A stretch of 64,000 nucleotides of DNA from an uncultured Collinsella sp. (GCA_958436995.1 CAUBMI010000001.1:9068-73067); one strand, 5' to 3'. Numbered from the stretch's first letter, positions 37,877 to 47,961 are shown. Notes: generated from the sequence alone by a model not told the origin. Translations and numbers: made by a program.

Positions 37877-38326
37877 CTACGCGAGTTTGGCTCCAACGAT
37901 CTTTGCTGCTGCCGGCTTATCGAAGTTGCCGCCAGTGGCCTTACCCAGAGCGCCCATGACCTGGCCCATCTGCTTCTTGGACGTGGCACCCAGCTCGGCG
38001 ATAACTTGCTCAATCAGAGCCTCGAGCTCCTCGCCCGAAACCTGCGCGGGCAGCAGGCTCTCCAGAATCTTGACCTGCTCGGTCAGGTTGTCGGTACGCT
38101 CCTGGTCGGTGCCGGCCTTGATGGACATCTCCAGCGTCTCGCTCGTCTGCTTAATCAGACGCTTGATCATGCTATTGACGTCTTCCTCGGTCACATCGCG
38201 GCGCTCGTTAACCTCGATATTCTTCACCTCGGCCTTGACCTGGCGAATGATGGACAGGCGAACCTTGTCCTTGGCCTTCATGGCCGCGATCATTTCCTTC
38301 TGCAGCTCTTCGTTGGTCATCTGCAA
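37877..38326 (-). CDS. GatB/YqeY domain protein
   Basis: MIAAMKAKDK.RL, LLPAQ, MGQVMG. Confidence 0.85.
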   Translation of the reverse strand: MQMTNEELQKEMIAAMKAKDKVRLSIIRQVKAEVKNIEVNERRDVTEEDVNSMIKRLIKQTSETLEMSIKAGTDQERTDNLTEQVKILESLLPAQVSGEELEALIEQVIAELGATSKKQMGQVMGALGKATGGNFDKPAAAKIVGAKLA

Positions 38327-38374
38327 ATCCTCTCTAATAGCGTGGGCGGCACTCGCGCGAGCACCGCCCCATGA

Positions 38375-39595
38375 TTACTCAGTCGTCGACGAATCGTCGG
38401 TCGAACTCTTGGTGACGCCCTTCAGGCTCACGTTATAGGGTACGTCCTTGGGCATGGGATTGACGGTGATGTCAGCATCCTTCTTGTACTGCTCTAGCCA
38501 CTCGCTATACGCAGTGCTGGCCGCCTGCGTCTTCACCACGTTGGAGACGTACTTTTTGATGGCCTTGGGCACCTGGTTGATGTCATCGACCTGATTATCG
38601 ACATGGAAGTAGTCGGTGCACTTGATGATGTGATAGCCGTACGTCGACTCGACCACGTCGCTCACATCGCCCTTGTTGAGCCCCTCGAGTGCCGTCTGGT
38701 AGCTGTCGACAAAGGTGGTGAGCTTGTCCCAGCCCACGTCACCCTTCTTCTCCTTGGAGCCGGTGTCGTCGGAATACTGCTTCACGGCGTCTTCAAAGCT
38801 CAGCTCGCCGGAGTTGATCTTGTTCAGGCACTCCTGCGCCTTAGCCTTGGCGGCAGCCTTGTCCTCATCGGACGCATCGGAATCAACCTTGATCAGGATG
38901 TTCGACGAGCGGCGGGCATCGTTGTACTTCGACAGGTTCTCGTTGATGTAATCGACGATCTCGCTGTCCTTGGGCTTGCTGGTGGGCGCCACGGCATCTT
39001 TGAGCTTTTGCTGCGCCAGGCTCTCCTTGAGCGAGCTCTTATAGGTGTCCTCGGTGTAGCCGTAGGTCTTAAGGGTCTTCTTAAAGGTCTTGGCGCCGCC
39101 CGCGCTCTTGCACGCGTCCTTCCAGGCTTTCTCGACCTCCTCGTCCGACACCGTCACGCCGTTCTCCTTCTGTGCCTGTTGAAGCAGAATCTGCTGCGTG
39201 TAGGAGTCGATGAGTTGCTTGCGGTACTTCTTGGGCGTGAGGTCGTTGTCGACCAGATACTGCGCCCAGTCCTTGTCCTTGGTGTAGCCGTAAGACGTGC
39301 GCATGCTCATGATCTGCTTTGTCACGGTGTCCTCGGTGAGGTTGGTGCCGTTGATAGTGGCAGCCACACCGCCGGTAAGCTTGTAGCCCGAGGTATCCTC
39401 TGCCTGCGACATAAGGCCGGAGCATGCCATGGCCGAGACGGAAAGCAGCATCGCCAGCACGCCGATGACCACCAGAACGATCTTGACGGTCTTAGACACG
39501 TACGTCTTGCGCTGCTTCTTACGAGAGCTCGACGCGGCGCGGGCCTGCTGCTCGGGCGTCGGTGCGGCCTCGGAGTTCTTTTTCTTGTTTGCCAT
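38375..39595 (-). CDS. prsA: PrsA/SurA-like parvulin peptidyl-prolyl isomerase
   Basis: N-terminal TM, SurA-N-like helices, SDDTGS..GDVGW, ESTYGYHIIK. Confidence 0.8.
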   Translation of the reverse strand: MANKKKNSEAAPTPEQQARAASSSRKKQRKTYVSKTVKIVLVVIGVLAMLLSVSAMACSGLMSQAEDTSGYKLTGGVAATINGTNLTEDTVTKQIMSMRTSYGYTKDKDWAQYLVDNDLTPKKYRKQLIDSYTQQILLQQAQKENGVTVSDEEVEKAWKDACKSAGGAKTFKKTLKTYGYTEDTYKSSLKESLAQQKLKDAVAPTSKPKDSEIVDYINENLSKYNDARRSSNILIKVDSDASDEDKAAAKAKAQECLNKINSGELSFEDAVKQYSDDTGSKEKKGDVGWDKLTTFVDSYQTALEGLNKGDVSDVVESTYGYHIIKCTDYFHVDNQVDDINQVPKAIKKYVSNVVKTQAASTAYSEWLEQYKKDADITVNPMPKDVPYNVSLKGVTKSSTDDSSTTE

Positions 39596-39729
39596 AGTTG
39601 GCCTTTCGCATCACGAATCGAACAAACGCCATTGTGTCACAACGCAGCCCCCGCGACAAAGGGGCAACCCTGGCACTTGGGGACGTTCCTTTTCTGCCGG
39701 CAGTTAGGGACAGTCCCCAAGTGCCGGCT

Positions 39730-40194
39730 TTAAAAGTGGCGGCGGATGGCGTCGACCATGCCTTGGGGCGTGGTCTGGCCGAGCACATCGGCTGCGACGT
39801 CCGCGTCCATAAAGATATTCATGAGCGCTTGCAGGGCCTCGACCTGGCCGCCCGGCTCGGCAATACCCAAATTGATGACGATCTGCGCCGGCACGGGGGC
39901 ACCCATGCCCGCCATAGCATTGAATGTCACGGGCGTGGCCGGCTTTACCACCGCGATATAGGGCTTGGCCACAAACCCCGGGTCGGTGTGTGGGATGGCG
40001 ATGTTGGCCGCCGGCATGGCAAGGCCCGTGGGATAGGCATCCTCGCGCGTGCGGACGGCGTCGAACCAACCGTCGGCAATGTAGCCGCGCGGAGCAAGCT
40101 CACTCTCGAGTTGCGCAAACACCTCACCCGGCGTCGCACACTCCCAATCAAAAAACACCAGCTCAGGCGTAAACAGCGCTTCGTTATCCGCCAT
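39730..40194 (-). CDS. PTS EIIA (Fru/Mtl/Gat-type), stand-alone
   Basis: REDAYPTGL, IAIPH phospho-His motif; GGAGG RBS. Confidence 0.8.
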   Translation of the reverse strand: MADNEALFTPELVFFDWECATPGEVFAQLESELAPRGYIADGWFDAVRTREDAYPTGLAMPAANIAIPHTDPGFVAKPYIAVVKPATPVTFNAMAGMGAPVPAQIVINLGIAEPGGQVEALQALMNIFMDADVAADVLGQTTPQGMVDAIRRHF

Positions 40195-40259
40195 ACCGTC
40201 CTCCAAAGTTGCATGAGGGCCACAATGCTCAATATGATAGCGAAACGGGGTATGCAAGG

Positions 40260-40727
40260 TCAGCCGAGGATCCCGATGAGCTCGAGTGCGCGCGCGGGCG
40301 TCAAGCATACCTCGGGCATCGTCTCCAACATGCGTCGGTCGCTCGTGACTACGTAGTCAACATCCGCCGTATCGCCCGAGGCGATAATGAGATTGTCCTC
40401 GAGGTCCGGCATGCGCTTGCCAAGCATGCGCGCCATCTCGCACTCCGCCATCGAAAGCGGGGAAGCCGTTGCCACCTGCATCATATGCTCGACGCATGCC
40501 CATGCAGCCGGACCAAACGAAGCGTTAATCCCATTCACATTCCGTCGAGCTAGACGCCGAGGCAAGATATAGAACACGTCCTTTGCCGTCGTTGGCGCGT
40601 ACAGAAGGTCGATCTTTCCCGCTTCGGCCAGTTCAACCAATCTTCTCACGTTGTCGAATGCGCCCTCTTGCAGGTAGTAATCAAGCCAAACATTCGTGTC
40701 CACCAAGAGCCGCTTTGCCTCAATCAT
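40260..40727 (-). CDS. PIN-domain (VapC-like) toxin
   Basis: LLVDTNVWLD, DLEDNL, VVTSD; ATGA overlap with upstream gene. Confidence 0.85.
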   Translation of the reverse strand: MIEAKRLLVDTNVWLDYYLQEGAFDNVRRLVELAEAGKIDLLYAPTTAKDVFYILPRRLARRNVNGINASFGPAAWACVEHMMQVATASPLSMAECEMARMLGKRMPDLEDNLIIASGDTADVDYVVTSDRRMLETMPEVCLTPARALELIGILG

Positions 40728-41068
40728 CGGCAATTCGCCTCTATGTCGGCAATCATCGCGTCATACATATCATCGCGTACGGCATCCCAGTTGTCCGCCG
40801 ATGATTCGCCTGGCGCAAAATCTGAGAAGCTCAACCCCAATGAGGAAAAAGCCAGACCACACCCCTGTTCGGCAAGACTCTTCGCACGGGGCGTCTCGCA
40901 CTTATCCGTCACCATAAATCCCGGCAACGTTTGATGCTCGGCAAGATAGGTCCAAAGCGCACGAATGGCGTCACTCGGCCCCAGCCCATTACGAGTCAGG
41001 ACCGCATCGCCACCGGCCTTGAGCATAGGGTCGATTCGTGTGTTGAGCTGCACCGTTGCTGTACCCAT
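40724..41068 (-). CDS. RelB/DinJ-like RHH antitoxin
   Basis: VQLNTRID..LK...VL...GL.PSDAIR; directly upstream of PIN gene. Confidence 0.75.
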   Translation of the reverse strand: MGTATVQLNTRIDPMLKAGGDAVLTRNGLGPSDAIRALWTYLAEHQTLPGFMVTDKCETPRAKSLAEQGCGLAFSSLGLSFSDFAPGESSADNWDAVRDDMYDAMIADIEANCR

Positions 41069-41211
41069 AGCGGCTCCTCTCTACTTGCTAGCAGTATAGC
41101 AAACAGAGTAGACCACACAAAAGGGCCCCGCCCGCGCACGGACAGGGCCCTATCAGATTTTCTAGATCGCTTACGTCCCAAAGAACGCTCAATGAGCCCT
41201 CTTACACACGA

Positions 41212-41910
41212 CTAGCGTGCCGGATCAATTACGACCTTGCCGCTCTCCAGCACGTGGACGCGGCCGTCAGCGAGCATTTGCACGACCTCGGGATACAGCA
41301 CGTGCTCAATCGCGTGGATGTGCTCCTCGAGCGTGTCGACATCCCAGCCCTCCTCGACAGCCAGCGCACGCTGGGCGATGATGGGACCGTTGTCGTAGAC
41401 CTCGTTGGCAAAATGCACGGTCACGCCAGTTACCTTGACGCCGCGCGCAAAGGCATCGTCAATCGCATGTGCACCGGTAAAGCTCGGCAGCAGCGCCGGG
41501 TGCAGGTTCACCACGCGGTTGGGAAACGCCGCCAGCAGAGGCGTGCGCACCATGCGCATGTAGCCGGCCATGACCACATATTCGCAGCCGCGCTCGAGCA
41601 GCTCGTGCGCGATGATCTCGTCAGCCGCGATGGGGTCGGCATAGACATCCTTGGACAGCGTGAGTGTCTGGATGCCCGCACGCTCGGCGCGCTGCAAGCC
41701 CTTGGCCGAAGGACGGCTCGACACCACGAGCTCAATCGAAGCGTTGAGCTTGCCGGCAGCGATCAGGTCGATCAGCGCCTGCAGGTTGGTACCAGAACCG
41801 CTGATGAGCACGCCAATCTTGAGCGGCTCAGCCGTATCAGTGCCGGTCGGACGGGTGTAGGGCACATAGCCCAGGCCCTCACCAGCAGCCATCTGCTCGT
41901 TAGCGCTCAT
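41212..41910 (-). CDS. purN: Phosphoribosylglycinamide formyltransferase
   Basis: ISGSGTNLQAL, MAGYMR, NLHPALLP, GVTVHF, DNGPII. Confidence 0.95.
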   Translation of the reverse strand: MSANEQMAAGEGLGYVPYTRPTGTDTAEPLKIGVLISGSGTNLQALIDLIAAGKLNASIELVVSSRPSAKGLQRAERAGIQTLTLSKDVYADPIAADEIIAHELLERGCEYVVMAGYMRMVRTPLLAAFPNRVVNLHPALLPSFTGAHAIDDAFARGVKVTGVTVHFANEVYDNGPIIAQRALAVEEGWDVDTLEEHIHAIEHVLYPEVVQMLADGRVHVLESGKVVIDPAR

Positions 41911-43003
41911 CGGAGTACACGACCTTACCGGAACCCTCGACGCACTCGCCCACGCGGAACGGCTTCTCGCCCAGCGCGACCAGGGCCTCGGTCACGGCGG
42001 CCTCGTCCTCGGGGGCGACGATCAGGCACAGGCCGACGCCCATGTTGAAGGTCTTGCATGCCTCGTTGGGCGCGAGCTCGGCCTGACGCGACACGTAAGT
42101 AATGACGGGCGGAACGTCCCATCCCATCTCGGCGCCGTTGCGGGTGACCACGGCGTCGACGTCGTCGGCGAGCGCGCGGTTGAGGTTCTCGGTAATACCG
42201 CCGCCAGTGATGTGGGCGATGGCGTGCACGTTGGCGCCGCCGCGCAGCAGCTCCAGGATCGGCTTGACGTAGATGCGCGTGGGGGCCAACAGAGCGTCTG
42301 CCAGCGATGCACCGCCGAGCTCCTCGAGCGGACGGCTCAGCTCCTCGGCCTTAGCGACGGCCTCGGGCGTGCCCGGCTTAACGCCGTCGACGCCAATGAC
42401 CTTACGCACGAGCGAGTAGCCGTTGGAGTGCACGCCGGTGGAAGGCAGGCCCAGGATCACATCGCCCGGGCGGACGTTTGCGGGGTCGAGCATCTTGGGA
42501 CGGTCGACGACGCCCACGGTAAATCCGGCAAGGTCGTAGTCGGCAGGAGCCATGACGCCCGGGTGCTCGGCCATCTCACCGCCCACGAGCGCGCAGCCCG
42601 CGAGCTTGCAGCCGTCGGCCACACCCTTGATAATCTTTGCCATGTGCTCGGCCTCGATGTGACCGATGGCAACGTAGTCCAGGAAGAACAGCGGCTCGGC
42701 GCCCGAAGCCAGAATATCGTTGACGCACATAGCGACCAGGTCCTGGCCAACCGTCTCGTGACGGTCCATGATCTGGGCGAGCACGAGCTTGGTGCCCACG
42801 CCGTCGGTACCGCTAATCAGGATCGGGTCTTCCATATCCTTGAGCGCGGCGGCCGAGAACAGGCCGCCAAAGCCGCCGATGCCACCGATAACCTCGGAAC
42901 GGTTAGTGTCCTTGACCATCTGCTTAATCGCGTCGACGGCGCGACCGCCCTCGGCGGTGTCGACGCCGGCGTCCTCGTACGTCACATGCTTGCTGTCGCT
43001 CAT
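41900..43003 (-). CDS. purM: AIR synthase
   Basis: YEDAGVD, GGFGGLF, TDGVGTK, MCVND, HSNGYSL, TFNMGVG. Confidence 0.96.
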   Translation of the reverse strand: MSDSKHVTYEDAGVDTAEGGRAVDAIKQMVKDTNRSEVIGGIGGFGGLFSAAALKDMEDPILISGTDGVGTKLVLAQIMDRHETVGQDLVAMCVNDILASGAEPLFFLDYVAIGHIEAEHMAKIIKGVADGCKLAGCALVGGEMAEHPGVMAPADYDLAGFTVGVVDRPKMLDPANVRPGDVILGLPSTGVHSNGYSLVRKVIGVDGVKPGTPEAVAKAEELSRPLEELGGASLADALLAPTRIYVKPILELLRGGANVHAIAHITGGGITENLNRALADDVDAVVTRNGAEMGWDVPPVITYVSRQAELAPNEACKTFNMGVGLCLIVAPEDEAAVTEALVALGEKPFRVGECVEGSGKVVYSDER

Positions 43004-43160
43004 CTGAGCCTTCCTCTCCCACTACCGTGGCGCCGCACGGGCGCCAAACGGTGCTCATAGTTGCGTTCATTTCGGCGCGCGCCATAACAGCACGCGCCGT
43101 CATATCAACAAAACAGCAGGTAAAACCTACCAAAATAAACCTGTCCCCATATGACAGGTT

Positions 43161-44831
43161 TTATGCCTCGCCGTGCTCCTCTTCCCAGCTGCGGTCGTCG
43201 TATTTCTCGATCACGGCGTCGTCGTCAAAGTGCAGCGGCTTGTCCAGGTTGCGGGGCTTAAAGCCCTCCATAAACTTGTCGCGGCCAAAGCTCTCGGGAA
43301 TCGCCACGGGGTAGCGGCCGGTAAAGCACGCATCGCAGTAACCGCCCTTGGGCATGACCTTAAGCAGGCCCTCGACCGAAAGGAAGGCCAGCGAATCGGC
43401 GCCGATATACTCGCAAATCTCGTCGACCGTCTTGTTGGCACTGATAAGCTGCGACTGCACGTCGGTATCGATACCGTAGAAGCACGGCCAGATGACCTCG
43501 GGCGAGTTGATGCGGATATGAATCTCCTTGGCGCCGGCGTTGCGCAGCATCTTGACGAGCTGCACCATGGTGGTGCCGCGCACGATGGAGTCGTCGATGA
43601 CGACCAGGCGCTTGCCCTCGATGTTGTCGCGCAGCGGGTTGAGCTTCATGCGCACGCCCATGGCGCGCAACTCCTGCGTAGGCTCGATAAACGTACGGCC
43701 CACGTAGCGGTTCTTGATAAGGCCCTCGCCAAAGGGAATACCGCTCTCGTGCGAATACCCCTCCGCAGGCGGCAGGCCGGAGTCGGGCACGCCGATGACC
43801 AGGTCGGCCTCGACAGGCTCCTCATGTGCCAGCTGACGACCCATGTCGTAACGGCAGGCATAGACGCTCTTGCCGTTCATGATGGAGTCGGGGCGGGCAA
43901 AGTAGACCTGCTCAAAGATGCAGTTGGCGGGCTCTTCGGCTGCAGGCACGCCCTGCTCGGATACCAGGCCCTCGGCGCTGATGCGCAAGATCTCGCCGGG
44001 ACGGACGTCACGGACGTACTCGGCACCCACGATGTCGAGTGCGCAGGTCTCGGAAGCAACGACCCAGCCGCCGGCGCGCGTGACACGGACGGCGGAGTCG
44101 ACCGTCGCGGCGCCGTCCTGCGACGGCAGCTGCGAAACGGCTGCGGCATCGGCCTGGTCCAGACCCTCGTCCACCAGCTTGCCCAGCACGAGCGGGCGAA
44201 TGCCGTGTGGATCGCGGAATGCGTAGAGCGCCTGCTCGTTGATGAGCGTCATGGCGTAGCCGCCGCGCACGAGCTCCATGGTCTTGCGAATACCCTCGCG
44301 CAGGTGGCCCGTACGCTGGGTAAAGTAGCCGATAAGCTTGGTCGCGACCTCGGAATCCGAATTGGAGAGGAACGGCACGCCCAGCTCGATCAGCTGACGG
44401 CGCAGCTCGTCGGTGTTGACGAGGGTGCCGTTGTGCGCGAGCGCGATAATGACGCTATTGATGGTAGAGAGGTGCGGCTGAGAGGCTTCCCAGCTCTTGG
44501 CGCCGGCAGTGCCGTAGCGCACATGACCCACGGCCAGCTGGCCGGAGAGCGTCGACAGGTCGGCGTTGGAGAACACGCGGTCGAGCAGGCCCAGATCTTT
44601 GCGGACCATAACCGTGCCGCCGTCACCCACGGCGATTCCCGCCGATTCTTGGCCACGGTGCTGCAGTGCACGCAGGCCAAAGTACGTCAGTCGAGCCACG
44701 TCGCGATCGGGCGCCCAGACACCAAAAACGCCGCATTCCTCATGCAGCTGGTCGGAGTCCGGATCATACGTCGACATGGCGTTCACCTGTCCCGCGGCAC
44801 GCTCGGCCGCGCGGATGGTTTCTTGAGACAT
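43161..44831 (-). CDS. purF: Amidophosphoribosyltransferase
   Basis: EECGVFG, LQHRGQE, HNG, DDSIVRGTT, PCFYGID, CDAC. Confidence 0.96.
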   Translation of the reverse strand: MSQETIRAAERAAGQVNAMSTYDPDSDQLHEECGVFGVWAPDRDVARLTYFGLRALQHRGQESAGIAVGDGGTVMVRKDLGLLDRVFSNADLSTLSGQLAVGHVRYGTAGAKSWEASQPHLSTINSVIIALAHNGTLVNTDELRRQLIELGVPFLSNSDSEVATKLIGYFTQRTGHLREGIRKTMELVRGGYAMTLINEQALYAFRDPHGIRPLVLGKLVDEGLDQADAAAVSQLPSQDGAATVDSAVRVTRAGGWVVASETCALDIVGAEYVRDVRPGEILRISAEGLVSEQGVPAAEEPANCIFEQVYFARPDSIMNGKSVYACRYDMGRQLAHEEPVEADLVIGVPDSGLPPAEGYSHESGIPFGEGLIKNRYVGRTFIEPTQELRAMGVRMKLNPLRDNIEGKRLVVIDDSIVRGTTMVQLVKMLRNAGAKEIHIRINSPEVIWPCFYGIDTDVQSQLISANKTVDEICEYIGADSLAFLSVEGLLKVMPKGGYCDACFTGRYPVAIPESFGRDKFMEGFKPRNLDKPLHFDDDAVIEKYDDRSWEEEHGEA

Positions 44832-45116
44832 GGCATCCCCTCAGAGCCTCGTATTTTGGCGTTACCCGCCTTATTATACGCACGGCACGACGCGCTCCCC
44901 AGCGCATGAGCAGCGCTTTTTAAAAGCCCACCGAGCTAATAATCCGTTTTGTGGCCAAACATTTTATCGGTCTGTCCAGTGCAAGCGCCCGCGCCCCCAG
45001 ATGGCCGCCGCGTCCACCGTTGGGGATTACAAAGTTGCAATTGGGACGTTCGTCCTGTCTTTTGGCAGGTCGGCGGCGTATCCTTGTAGCCTAGGACAAA
45101 GCGAGAAAGGTTCTGT

Positions 45117-46346
45117 ATGGATCGAAACGAACTCGACCCCAGCGTCCCCAGCGCCACGGAGGTCAAGAAGATTCCCCTCATCATTAAGGTGTACGCCGTC
45201 CTGTGCATCCTATCCGGCGTGGGCACGCTCCCGTCGGTCGCTGCCTTTATGTGGCAGGTCATCACCGCGCTCATCAACGGCAACGCCGCCGAAAAGCTCG
45301 GCGACAATATGCTGGTCTCGGTTGGACTCATCGTCGCCGGCATCATGCTCTCTGCGGCAAGTGCCGTCATCCTGATCATCTTTGGCCTGGACCTTATCAA
45401 AAACCAGCGCCGCAACGCCGCCCGCCTGTCCTACATCCTTATTGCATTCACCGTCGTCGAGCTTTTGGTCGACGTGATGCTCCAGGGCATCGGGCCCTTC
45501 CTGCTGCGTCCCGCGATCCAGCTCGGCATCCTCGTTGCACTTTCGGCAACCGTCGACCCCACGCTGCGCCAGGAGCGCGAACTGCAGCGCCGCCTGCAGG
45601 AGATGCTCGACCGTGACGCCGCCGCCGAGGGCATGCTCGGCCGCGATGAAACCGGCGAGGGCTACATCAAGCTCAACTACTTCAACCTGTTCTGGGTATT
45701 CTTCGTCTGCTGCGTGCTCGGCCTGATCGCCGAGGACATCTGGCATATGACAGTCGTCGACCCGGGCGTCTACCAGAACCGCGCCGGCATGCTGTTTGGT
45801 CCCTTCAGCCCCATCTATGGCTTTGGCGCCGTACTCATGACCATGGTGCTCAACCGCTTCTATAAAAAGAACCCCATCATCATTTTCCTGGTAAGCGCTG
45901 TGCTCGGCGCGAGCTTTGAGGTGTTCGTGGGCTGGTTTATGCAGACCTCATTTGGCGTGGTCTCGTGGAGCTACTCGCACATGAAGCTGTTCGGCATGCC
46001 CGACCCACTCGCCGTCCTTACGGGCGGACGCACCTGCACGGGCTTTGCCTGCCTGTGGGGCCTGGGTGGCCTCATCTGGATCAAGCTGCTGCTGCCGAGG
46101 CTGCTCAAGCTCATCAACATGATTCCGTGGAAGAGTCGCTACTCGGCTACCGTCATCTTTACCGTCATTATGCTGGTCGACGGCGTCATGACGCTGCAGT
46201 CGCTCGACTACTGGTACCAGCGCGTCAACGGCACGGAGCCGGATATTCCCGTCGCGCAGTTCTACGGCAAGTATTTCGATAACGACTACATGGAGAACCG
46301 CTTCCAGAGCATGACCATGAGCCCCAAGGATGCGACGCGCGTGTAG
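45117..46346 (+). CDS. Membrane protein with C-terminal putative ABC permease (CmpB/TMEM229-like) domain
   Basis: Multi-TM; RAGMLFGPFSPIYGFG, WSYS, GRTC motifs. Confidence 0.7.
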   Translation: MDRNELDPSVPSATEVKKIPLIIKVYAVLCILSGVGTLPSVAAFMWQVITALINGNAAEKLGDNMLVSVGLIVAGIMLSAASAVILIIFGLDLIKNQRRNAARLSYILIAFTVVELLVDVMLQGIGPFLLRPAIQLGILVALSATVDPTLRQERELQRRLQEMLDRDAAAEGMLGRDETGEGYIKLNYFNLFWVFFVCCVLGLIAEDIWHMTVVDPGVYQNRAGMLFGPFSPIYGFGAVLMTMVLNRFYKKNPIIIFLVSAVLGASFEVFVGWFMQTSFGVVSWSYSHMKLFGMPDPLAVLTGGRTCTGFACLWGLGGLIWIKLLLPRLLKLINMIPWKSRYSATVIFTVIMLVDGVMTLQSLDYWYQRVNGTEPDIPVAQFYGKYFDNDYMENRFQSMTMSPKDATRV

Positions 46347-46367
46347 CGCCCACCGCGCCCAAAACGC

Positions 46368-46407
46368 AAAATGCCCGCCGGTATCACACGTACCGGCGGG
46401 CATTTTT
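46368..46407. terminator. Bidirectional terminator
   Basis: AAAATGCCCGCCGGTA...TACCGGCGGGCATTTTT between convergent genes. Confidence 0.8.
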
Positions 46408-46436
46408 ATAAACGAGCCTTCTATCGACGCAAGCCT

Positions 46437-46856
46437 CTACGCCTCGCGCTCGACCTCGCTCACGCACTCATTTTTGATGGTACCGACGAGCGCCTGCAGT
46501 GCATCGACAACATGCGGGCGAATGTCCCCGCCAATGAGCACGAGCATGATGTCGTCGCCTACGGCGAGCTCGCCGCTCGCCAGCCACACGCGCACATAGC
46601 CGATACCCGGCATCGCGCGCGTTGTCTCGATAGCGGCCTGTACCTTTTCGGCATCGAAGCCAAACACCATGCCGCCCACCTTATGTCCAGGCGCCACACC
46701 ATCTGTCTCGACCCCACGCGCCTCGGACTTAGGCGTCGCACGCACCACGCCGTTGTGTGTCAGGTACATACCGCACGCAGGAGCCGACGAATCGACCTTG
46801 GCCTCGCGCAGCCAAGCATCAACCGAAGGCATCGATTTGCCACTTTCAAGCATCAT
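46437..46856 (-). CDS. MoaE-like (molybdopterin synthase catalytic subunit family) protein, short form
   Basis: GMYLTHNGVVR, GELAVGDDIMLVLIGGDIR. Confidence 0.7.
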   Translation of the reverse strand: MMLESGKSMPSVDAWLREAKVDSSAPACGMYLTHNGVVRATPKSEARGVETDGVAPGHKVGGMVFGFDAEKVQAAIETTRAMPGIGYVRVWLASGELAVGDDIMLVLIGGDIRPHVVDALQALVGTIKNECVSEVEREA

Positions 46857-46921
46857 TTCTCCCTTTTACCGTCGTCGAGTAGCTCATTTGGGACGGGGCT
46901 TTTTAGCTACTCTTGAACAAC

Positions 46922-47926
46922 TTATTCCTCGACCGGCGTGAGCGCCATGACGGCGCGCGTATTGCTAAATGACAGCGAGCGGCAGGTCACAAGCGTTACG
47001 ACCTTGGTTGCCGAAGCGGCACGATCGGTGGCATCGCTCGCCACGGCAGAGGCACCGGCAAGCATCTCGGACAGGTAATTTTTCAGTCCGTCATCGCCCT
47101 CAAAATTGGGCGTGCGCGCCTTGGCATACGTGTCCTCGACGACTTTGGTCGCCAGCGGTCGCAGCTTATACGTAGCATCCCGTGTGATGTAATACACAAA
47201 CTCAATGCTGTCGAACGTCGCCTGGTCGGTGGTGTCCGAAATCACATTGAACATCGATCCGTCGTTCATATGGTGGCCGTAAATCGTGGTCTGCTGGTCG
47301 ACCATTCCCGGCGCGGTGTCATCACTATCCAAGAAAATGGCACCGGACGCGTTAGATGTACCGTCAAACAGCGTGTTGAGGTATTTGGAGTTGTTGTTGG
47401 TCTGCACCACGGGATAGTTGATGTTGGTTCCCGGCACATAAATCCAACCCACAATCTCGGGGTTTGTCTGAGCAAGCGCATCGAAGTCGATAATCGGCAC
47501 GCCGCTGGCGTCCTTATCGCTTACATATTGCTTCTCGATTTTCTGATACGAATCGCTCGCCTGCTTATAGCCAATCTGGGCATTAATAAAGATAGCGGCG
47601 GCGGCGACAATCAGGCCGATACCGATGATGATGAGCAAGATGGGGATAACGGAGCGGCGCTTTTTGCGCGGCGGCTCGGTATAGCTCGACGGAGCAGCGC
47701 CCGACTGTTTCGTAGAACGTAATTCTTTCTTGGCCGTATCATACGACGAAGGGCGATATGCAGCCGGCGTATCCTGGCGATGATGGGACATCGGCGTTAC
47801 GGGACGCGGCGCGCGCGGCTGCTGAGGAGAGGATGTCCGACCCTGCTGTGCCGCACGGGCAGCACCCGGCTTCGACGGATCGGGAATCTGAGAAGCCTTG
47901 AATCGTTTTCCCTGATAGTCGGACAT
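46922..47926 (-). CDS. srtB: Class B sortase
   Basis: TM anchor, GWIYVPGTNINYPVVQ, GAIFLD, IYGHHM, TLVTC, downstream R. Confidence 0.88.
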   Translation of the reverse strand: MSDYQGKRFKASQIPDPSKPGAARAAQQGRTSSPQQPRAPRPVTPMSHHRQDTPAAYRPSSYDTAKKELRSTKQSGAAPSSYTEPPRKKRRSVIPILLIIIGIGLIVAAAAIFINAQIGYKQASDSYQKIEKQYVSDKDASGVPIIDFDALAQTNPEIVGWIYVPGTNINYPVVQTNNNSKYLNTLFDGTSNASGAIFLDSDDTAPGMVDQQTTIYGHHMNDGSMFNVISDTTDQATFDSIEFVYYITRDATYKLRPLATKVVEDTYAKARTPNFEGDDGLKNYLSEMLAGASAVASDATDRAASATKVVTLVTCRSLSFSNTRAVMALTPVEE

Positions 47927-47961
47927 GGCTCTCCTTATACTGCGGTGAAACGGCGGAACGC

